From: Antedon mediterranea
Taxonomy: Eukaryota > Animalia > Echinodermata
Direction: 5' to 3'
NCBI RefSeq assembly: GCF_964355755.1
Contig: NC_092677.1
Coordinates: 6,222,101 to 6,286,100, forward strand
Length of the DNA stretch: 64,000 nt
Both the position numbers and the translations under genes were made by a program. The notes beneath the pieces are model-generated. The model was not told the origin of the DNA and did not search any database. It saw nothing but the letters and a program-made list of their open reading frames with translations. Positions 54,481 to 64,000 of the stretch are shown piece by piece. Positions within the stretch are counted from its first letter, which is position 1, and each line of letters opens with the position of its first letter.

Positions 54481-54984
54481 AGTAAAACTTCAGCTAATGT
54501 AGAAACACCAACAGCTTTTGTAGTAAATAAAAAAAAACACCAGCTAAAATGTATAGAAACGGTCAACAGCTTATTTTAGTAACGGAAATTGCCTCTCAGC
54601 TTCCTAGATATCGCCAGCTGATGTAGAAAATGTTATATATTTTTAAAAAATGTCTAAATCATGTGCAAATGCATCCATCTTTACTTCATTAAAACTCCAA
54701 AATTACGGTCTGAAATCTTTATTTTTCATTATTTTTGGGGGATAATAATAACGTAAAATTTCCATCAGCATAAAATATAAATATGAATTTAATAATATTA
54801 TTTAAAAAGTATAACAACATACAGGTAGCCTACACTGTGCACAGGATTTCCGACTGTACATAATCATTTTAAATTCAAAAGTAATACATGGTATGCGGCC
54901 TACACAAGCTTTGCTAGGCTAGCTATAATCGGACATACCATAAGAAAAGATAGCCCCCTCGTTCGTGACAAAGGGTCGTTCAAC

Positions 54985-55019
54985 CAGGGAAGAGTTAAAT
55001 GTAATTTAACTCTTCCCTG
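54985..55019. repeat. Second, identical 35-bp palindrome with a different 7-bp TSD, GTTCAAC
   Basis: TSD at 54978-54984 and 55020-55026. Confidence 0.9.
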
Positions 55020-56204
55020 GTTCAACAAAGGGCAATTAGGCCGCCCTACTATTGGGTCGTAGACGTCCTAGGCCTAAAATATCTTTAAAATTATATTATG
55101 TTCTTAGAGTAGGCCTATTAGGCGCCGGCCTATTATTTATTATTTAATATGGCACTCAAAAGTTTGTATATTTAGGGTAGACTCATAATCATATACCGTT
55201 TATTTCATATAATAATTAAATTTTAAATTATGTAAAATGCCATTTTTTCGGGCGGGAACCTATAAGATAAGATAATACGATTTATAAAGCGCACACATCC
55301 ACAAAGTGCTTAAGGTGCTTGTAAAAACCATGAAAAATACTAATCTTGAAACTAAAAGTAACAAAACATTTTGCAAAAAAAGAAAACCGGAATAAAAGCA
55401 GACCAATCGAACCCACATCACTGCTTTCGTTTACCAGCAATTTGAGGTGCATGCCAGCACATTACTCACAGGTGTTCACATGAAGCTTTATTTCTCTAAA
55501 ATTGTCTTTGCTCAGCTCAGCCCCAAGCATAAAGGTTCTTATTCATGTTGTTATAAATAAATAATAGATGTCATTGCCGGGGACCTTGCAGCTCTATTTT
55601 AAACAGTTTGGTATGTCGTACGTTGTTATGCAAATGAGTTTGTGCGTGTGTATTATGGGGAAGATGATAATTATTATTTATGTTAGTCATTCGCGGTACA
55701 CGCCATTTACTTTAGAAGATTTTTCAAATCATGTAAATAAAACATTTTCCGGGCGGGAAGTAGCAGCTGGACTTCCCTTTTAGTTTGCAAAAAAAGTAAT
55801 CTCGAAAAGAACTCCATGTGGAAAAGAAGCCCACCCAAGAGTACTAAAAATGAAGGAGCACACGGGCTTCTTTTCGAGGTTTTATGACAGTCTATTTAAT
55901 GGAAAATAATGCCACTTTTTTCCTGATTTTAAAAAAGGTCCACTTGTTCAAAATATCTCTCCAAAATCAAAGAAAAACAATATTTATTTTCAATTCCGAA
56001 AAAAAAAAAAAAAAAAAAAAAAAAAGTATCCGTAGAGGTCCGAACCCACTCTAATAGAGCTTAGAGCACCCAAACCTGAGCATTACACCCGTTACTACAC
56101 AAAGTAGTACATGACTGAACAGCTGATAATAGTCTATTTATACGTGTATTACGTAATTCATCATTACGTCATAAATATCCTATTAACCTTGTTAAAACCA
56201 AAAT

Positions 56205-56277
56205 GACCAGTTAGCTCAGTCACTTGAGCGTCGTGTTGACAACACGTATGTCGTGGGTTCGATTCTCACGCTGGTTC
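56205..56277 (+). pseudogene. tRNA-like cloverleaf (anticodon GAC), probably a tRNA pseudogene or SINE head
   Basis: Acceptor stem GACCAGT/GCTGGTT, D stem GCTC/GAGC, anticodon loop TTGACAA, T arm GTGGG-TTCGATT-CTCAC; D loop lacks GG; no immediate oligo-T terminator. Confidence 0.6.
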
Positions 56278-59200
56278 GGTGGAATAGAGTTAAAGGTATG
56301 CGACCACTGTGTTTGGGGTTCACAGAATTAATACGTCCCCCTTTCCACCACACATCATGAGGCGACAACATCAATGCATCTGGTGATGTGCTGGAAACGA
56401 CCCCAAAAGGCTGTGGCAGGGCCTTAGTGCTGAGGCAGGGAGAGCACATTTGACATCTTTTTTTTTTATTTAATTTTTTTTTCAACCTGTAGGCCTATTC
56501 GATTTCGTTAATTTTATGTTTGCCGCCCTCAATTTTAAAAGAAATTAAATTTATTATTATTTTCATCGCAGGTGTACGAAACGGTTTGGTATGCCGTGGG
56601 TTGTTATGTAATGGTTGTGCAGGTGTAGTAGTGGGAAAATGCTATTGTTAGTCATTCGCGGTCAACACGCCACACTGTTAAATTTTGATATTGTATTGTA
56701 ATATGTTATGAATAAACGTTTATGGTAGTTTGTTTGTATGGCCGCACAACGTGGCGCAGACGCTTACCGAAGAGAGTCGATTGATGCCGAAACGAACCGA
56801 TGGAGGAACTTTCGTTTTATGCGAGGCATCGTTTTACCATCATCAAAAAAACGAGCCATTCATTTCCAAAGTGCGCGATAAATTTGGACAATTTTTGCTA
56901 TAAAAGTTGGGTTTTCATAATTAAGTAACAATTATCTACTCTCGTTTGGTAAGTATTTGCAACATTCTGAGTGTCTTGTTTGTTTCCGTTTGGTGTTTAA
57001 TAGGATTTCGGCAGAGGTAAAAAGAGGTCATACTTTTATCGAACTTTTTTTTATTATGATACGTGGACATTTTTATATTTTATTTCCATTGTTTTTAATA
57101 ATGGAACGGTTTTTATATCTTCAGGCACGCCTAATTTGCATATAGTTGGTCTTAGTTCTCCATTAAACACCGATATGTAAAAGCAATAGTTACACAGTTA
57201 TTAAGCAATAAAACAAGTCACGTGGCCAAAAAAATCAAAAGGCCAACATATAAAATAATACTGTACTGTTTGGTATCGTTGGATAGCTTTAAAAAAAAAT
57301 CTGAATTCAGTTTACCAATGTATGTATTATTTTACTCTGCTCTTAGTATAATTCTTTAATTAAATACATTTTACAACGTTACAGGTCTCCATCATGATGT
57401 AAAGATAAACGTAGCTTTTGTTGGTTTTGTTTTTGGCGCTTTATTCAAATTTTTGTAAAGGGTCTAGTAAAAGTGTGATTATATTAATCTTCATTCATGT
57501 TCTTAAAGAACAATATATATCTTATCTTTAACATTTAATTTGTTACCTATAAGTTGTCTGTCTGTGTATGCTTTCCTTTAAAAATTTAATCGCTAACAGA
57601 ATTCATTTCGAAATCAATTTAAGTAGATATTTTTAATGAATATATAACAGTGATTTCAGGATTAACCCGTTTTTCGTTGTGCAATTAACTGTTTGATATA
57701 TTTTCCCTTACCGCATATTTACGCGCTCCATGAGTGGTGCTTGTTCTTTTTCAAACATGGCTTCTGCCTTGTTGCCATGGTGGTAATCAATTAATCCAAA
57801 TTTGTTATTGATACACATAACGATCAATCAAATTAAATTATGTTTTAAAATTTGTATTCACTTTAGGCCTATTTCGTTTAGTTTCGACACAAATGTACAA
57901 TGTACAATGTTTAATGTAGATTCTACTCGTAATAATAAAGAGATGTTTAAAAGCCTCTTCATTTTACTGATAGAACTGAGAATTAAATTTAGAATTTCAG
58001 TTAAGGATCCGCTCAAGTGTATCTTAAGAATCTGGTTCATAAGCATGACTCCCGTCGTACCGTAGTGGCTTCTTTTCGATGCAACGAGACTGGTAATTAC
58101 ACAGACTAGAGGCCGGCGCTTTCGTAATCGGAGTCTGCTTGATTTTTATTGTCTTCCTAAGACTCATCTGTTTTTTTAAATGTTTATTCTTGTAATGATC
58201 GTTTTATTTAAGGACTGTGTTTATTGCGAAATTTGAACCTTGTATTTTGTAATTTTATAATTTATCAGTTATGTTTATTTGATGTTATATCTTTATTTTT
58301 AAAAGGCGCCTTGTTAAACAGATACCATATTAATAATACCGGTCAACACCCATTTGCGCTTGATATTGTATTGTAGATATTTATTGTATTTTTTTTTTCG
58401 ATTTTACAAGCTCAGTAGTATACGTATGAAACGCCTTATATGCCAAAATATTTATCTTTTTACTAATATTAAGTCAAAACTCTACAACCAGATTACATAT
58501 TGACTTTCTATATTTAACATTTTGGTATAAGCATGGACAAATAAGTTATGCTAACTTATTTCTCCATGGTATAAGTATATCGCCCTCATGCATTGAACTA
58601 TTACGCTATTTTATTTGATTATTCTTATTAAATATTTACATTGAGCATTGAATGAAGTCCAAGTTTGTTTGTAGTGTTCTTTATCAAAGCATCATAGACG
58701 TGTTGCATGATCTGAAGGCGTCTGCATGGTTCATTCTATCTGTCAAGTAAAATAGGTGAGCCTATATATTTTTTTAAGCATAAAATAAAATAAATCCGAA
58801 TAATTGTATAGATGTTTTAGTTACTTTAGCCAAGTTGTTCATATTGCCATGCACCCATGTGTGATCCTTAAGTTGAGAGCTAATCACAGTGGTGCACTAT
58901 ACAGTAAAATATACAAATTAAATACCACCAAATATATAGTGTTCAAAAACTCGTGTTTGGTACAATTAGGAAATGTACATACAATGAATGATTCGCGTTC
59001 GGTTTTCGTTTGGGGCGTCTCATTTGTCATTCTCCAGATATCGCCATCGATCGTCGGAGGCGTAAACACAGAGGCATGGGGCCCCCGACTTAATGACCTT
59101 AATTCTAAGTGGCGCTACGTCAACGCTATTAAAGACCTCGTGTTTTTAGCCCATTTACGACATGTTTTAATGCCTTTTGTGCGTGAGCGCCATCCAGTTT

Positions 59201-62200
59201 GGCCGTAACGCCACTGCTCATCTTTTGTACCGTTTCAGAATTAATCAATTATCGTTAGTATTATCATCGGGATATTTAGAATATATCCTGTACATTTATA
59301 TATTTTTTTGTGTATAGGCCTAAATATGTTCTAGTGAGATTTATATGTTCATTGACTATACTCATGGCTGGGTTAATTGTGTTTTTGTAAACACAAACAC
59401 TATTTGATAAACCGGATTACATTGGCTGTACTTTGTAGTCATCACGTAGATGCGACAGAACTGTACATAACTGATTGTATAAAATATGACCGTGATGTAT
59501 TGTTGCTGTCACAATGATCGATCTTTATTTTAATCAATCGATATATTCACTGATGATCAATGTAATTTTGTAATTAATCAACTTCTAATCAATTGATAGA
59601 TTTAGTTGAACGAAGTATTCAATTTCTAGAGACTGTTTGATTGTGTCGTCAAAAAAGCAATATATGTTTGATGTTCTTATATTATTTTTTTTTTAAATAA
59701 AATGTTTTATAAAGCTTGGTTCCAACTTGAACGCAATGCAACGACGAGGTAAAAAGCAAGTGAGTTAAGCAATTTGACCAATAAGCGACAGTTCGGATGA
59801 TCCATCGCGTTGTGATTGGTCAAATTATTTTCGGTGTGGTTACGTTGCGTCCAAAATGGGAACTAACCTTTGTTAAAATACGCCCAAAAGTCGTCCTGAA
59901 AAAAATTGAAAGGGAGAAGGGCTTGTGTGTGTTTTTCGTAATTGGGCAAAGGCCGATTAGAGTATACAACACTATAATATGAATTGAATTGAAGTACTCC
60001 TTCTTAACGTTCTTTTAGTCTTCCAACATTACGAGTTTCTCCTTTTGTTGTAATTTTGTTATCTCGAGATTCTTTTCTCAATGTTGATTAAAATATAAGT
60101 CGCGTGCTCAAGAAGTGTTTACCGACCAACCGACCGACCAACCGACCATTCGACCGACTAAGCTGTAGAGTCGCGTTGCACGCGACTAAAAAGTCCTCCT
60201 CAGGATTCATAAACCATCTCAAACTCCTTGCTGTTTATAATACAAGCAGTGAGAGGCGCTTGCGATTGACCAGCACACCGATACATTCAACAGCACATGA
60301 GGCACGGGGTATTCGGCCACTTCCATTGAAATTGTGTTATACCCCAGACATTTCTAGAAGTAGAATGATATATTATATTTTCTCAGACATCAAAAGAAAC
60401 AAACTTGTAACAATGTTGAATTAATGTATTTTATGTTAACCTCAATATAATTCATTACATATTTTGTCGACAGAATACATACATGGAACACAATAACGGT
60501 TGTAATTGCTGATGCCATAAACATAACAAGGGTCGGGGTGAGGGTTAGAATACTATGGCACAGTATTTGTTATTTATTACTATTATATAAGTATTATGAA
60601 TACTAACAAAATGAACTTACAGTCAACCTAGATCATCTGCGACACAGTTTAATAAATGTTATGAATGAAGTAGGCTCATTGTTTGTGGAATAAACTCTCC
60701 AGTGAACTTTAAAAAAATCTAATATCGAAAACTATACAAACAACGTATACAAAAAATGATATATATTATAAATATTAAGAACTTGTAAACCCTTTATTCT
60801 GCTATTAACAAAAGTATGTTACCTAGTATATAGGTTAGTTGTAATCACAACAATCCTTTTGAGACCTTATCAAACTTATGAGAGATGTGTCCTATGGGTC
60901 TTTTACCGTATTAGGCAATGTGTATAGAAAATAGAAAAAAAACATATTAAAAGTCAACCTTTCACAAGACATTATTATTACAGTAAGTGTATTTTAGATT
61001 TACTTTTCTAATCTGTAAAATTCTTATATCTACACAAACTAATCCAAGATTGCGTAAGTAGAAGTCATAATTACTTTATTTTTTATAAACATGATCACCT
61101 TTCGAATATGAAACGATAATCCAGATCCAAATTGACCGACAAATAATATCACAACAAAGAAGAAAATTGATCTATAGTATTAACATTTCCAACTGGCGCA
61201 TATTAGGCTATAAATTACAGTTTAAAAATCGCATATATTTTGTGAATGCAATGCAAGTATACAAAGTATAGCTAGATATGGCATGCTATACGAATACGCC
61301 TACGTGCGAGAGGCAATTGAGTCTAGTACCCTACTCGTTAAACATGCAGTCGGGCTGGATTAATACAGTGCGACGTGGGGTGGGGATGGGTGTTGGATTG
61401 TGTATATCGCCCACTTTCGAAGGAATTATAATGGTTGCCAGTTGAGCAAATGCATTGTTTCAAACATTTTATCGATTTTTTATGATGCGGAAACACGGCC
61501 AAAGAGTAGGCCTAAGTTTATAAATTTTGGTTTGACAATGTTTTGTTGTTTCTATGTGTGAACTAGTCAGTAAGTAAAATTGTAAACCTGTAAGTCTGAA
61601 CGCAATGTTACCAAACTGTATGTTCCTCGTGTTCATCGATCACCTGGCCCCCCGACTGCGTGAAAGAACCTTTACAACGATACGCAATTCAACGTCAGTG
61701 ACAAAAACAAAAATTTATAAAAAACATAGGCCTACATACTTTTTTTCCCTATAAGTAATGTTCACAATATGATCGGTTATTACGCTTTGATCACCCAATT
61801 AAAATGACACTTATGAATGACATAATATCGTGCTGAAAACTAATAAATCAAAATAATCCATCAGTTGCAAATTTGTTCCTGAACGTTTTAATTGTAGGCC
61901 TCATAATGACCTCCTGCTTTATAACATTATTTAATTTTTATTTATAATTTGCCTATGAATTTTAAAGATAACAATTATATTATTAAATCGATCGAGCCCA
62001 GCACCTTCAAGTAATTCTAATTTTTTAAACTATATCCTATTTCTACTATAAAATTCGTAAAACGAATGAGAACGTAAAACTCTGCCTACACTATCAAATT
62101 AGTTTGACAACAAAAAATTTGGTGTGCCCAAATATAACATTTTTTTGTCACATAAAGATTGATAGTGTAGTCCGTACAGCAACACACACTTAATCAAAGT

Positions 62201-62404
62201 ATAAAAGCCAAATATCAGCAAAACCATTTATTTTATTACGCAGTGAGAATATTCATCGCAATCAAGTAAAATATTGTATAATGGTTAGAACCTTGTGCGT
62301 AGGCCCTAATGTTAGGCCTATTTATAGAAAGCATGATACGTAATTTTAAAAAGAGAGGCGCCAGCTGGACGGACGTATTGTTGTGGACTTATACAGATAT
62401 CAAT

Positions 62405-62675
62405 ATGACCGTTGCACAATCCATGGAAAGCTGAAGTCCCCAGATAACACGATGGCCATTATTAATTTGTGCTGGAAATTCATTCAATCATGGACTATCA
62501 TTAAATGTTCTGTAATGTTGTTTTTTATGCTTCTAATTTTTTAAATATTTAATTTGTTATGGCCGTTGAACATGGGAAGCTGAAGTCTCCAGATAATAAG
62601 ATGTCCATTATGTAATTTATGTGCTGGAAATTCATTCAAACATGGACAAACAATGTTCTGTAATGTTGATGTTTT
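62405..62675. repeat. Diverged tandem duplication of about 150 bp
   Basis: CATGG.AAGCTGAAGTC.CCAGATAA..GTGCTGGAAATTCATTCAA.CATGGAC..ATGTTCTGTAATGTTG occurs twice. Confidence 0.7.
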
Positions 62676-64000
62676 TGTTTAATTATTCAACATTTGTTTT
62701 GTATTATAAAAAAAAAAAAATGTTCTAAGAGCAATAAAATCATAATCAATGTTAACGTAATTAAAAACGATTATAATTTCAGTTCAATAATTCACAATGT
62801 ACATAGTTAAAGAAGGTTATAACAAGTTAATAACTCAATGAGAAATAAAAAAGTCGAGTTTCAATGAATGTTTGTATATTAAGTTTTATATCCCTATTAT
62901 ATGTTGTTGTAAATATTCCCTCCATGACGGTTTACGCTATTGAGGAGAATCAATTTAATTATTATAGTAAATATATTTACAAACAAAACATTAACAAAAA
63001 TATACATACAAATGTAGTAGATCTATACTTGATTGAAGGTAATTATAACGGTCACGTGATAACGTTAAAAGTTACGTAATATTATTATAGGAAGAAACAT
63101 ACTGAGGTTCATTTGATATTGCATTATTATTATTTATGCGATTTACTGATTCAGTCCATAGTGAAGACGCGCCAAGCAGATTATGCGAAAGTAGGCCTAC
63201 AAAATTAGGTAGGCCTACATTGGTTTTAAACTTGTTATGATAATATCTCTGTTTTATCATCAAAGAATTTATTTCTCCCTATTGGATCCCCTTTGGTCAG
63301 TGATCCCTTCGAATTTTTACTGGTTTCGCATCGTTTACAACAGGTGTGATGTGTAAAATTCTTAGCATTAATGGATCGATGACAGACTAAAGATATTCAC
63401 GGTTCTCTAAACTAAGAGAAAATTATGTTTACCAAATGCTGCTTTGACACCAACGAAATTCAATTGACACTGATGTTACGTGGAATCGTGGTCCCTTTTA
63501 CTCATATATTTCCTCCTCTCTTTTGTGGCGTGAACTATCAATTTGATTGATTTAGGCCTAATAATTAACAATCATGATCAATAAAATTGTTTAATTCAAT
63601 CTGATATTCTCATATTATGTTCTTGTTCGTCTTTCTTTTCTTGATTTCGTTCTTATATTTCTCTCCTATTCCCTTTCAACACTCTTTAAAATTGTGATAG
63701 TTCTTTACAAATCATGGTTTAATTTTTCAGACTATAAAAACCGCGCGTGGATTGAATTAACACAAAGTACACGCTATAGACTTGTTAGTTATGACACGCC
63801 ATGTATGCCAAATGTTTTTCTTCAAGTAAATCGCCATCTCAAATTATACTATCGACGTTTATATATCCCTGAATGCACATTTGTCATTTTACTGTTCAGT
63901 TTCTGTTCTGAAAATAGAATGAATTTGATATACCATTATTACTTGACAAAATAAAATTTTACTAAGTTAGTACTTGTTTTTTGTAGTAATGTATATTTAC

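Noticed and set aside
56740-58140. CpG-richer patches with donor-like sites (56950, 58072), possibly 5' exons of a downstream gene
   Set aside because: No coding signal or linked exons in the window; cannot be supported
58804-64000. Short ORFs of 60-134 aa in the distal region
   Set aside because: No motifs or splice-consistent structure; compatible with random AT-rich intergenic or intronic DNA

Overview
AT-rich, intron-rich animal genomic DNA. The Deu-domain SINE and the gene style suggest an invertebrate deuterostome such as an echinoderm, but that is inference. Genes supported by the sequence: NBN/NBS1 (minus, 15 exons); a head-to-head two-exon gene with a transposase-like Cys/HTH region and a Gln-rich tail; a small single-pass membrane protein; CYC1 (minus, 8 exons); and two tandem class II aldolase/adducin-head paralogs with mitochondrial-like N-termini. 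Repeats include SINEs, LINE fragments, many MITEs and a multi-level nest at 31.2-39.5 kb (Helitron > hairpin satellite > Helitron > P-like TIR element > MITE + LINE). Most notable: an NBN exon reads through its donor, in frame, into an intact LINE-ORF1-type SGNH esterase domain, predicting a chimeric FHA-BRCT-SGNH isoform without the MRE11/ATM-binding tail. Also notable are tiny palindromes flanked by 7-bp TSDs that look like P-element excision footprints. All calls come from reading the sequence; no searches were run and exon boundaries are manual.
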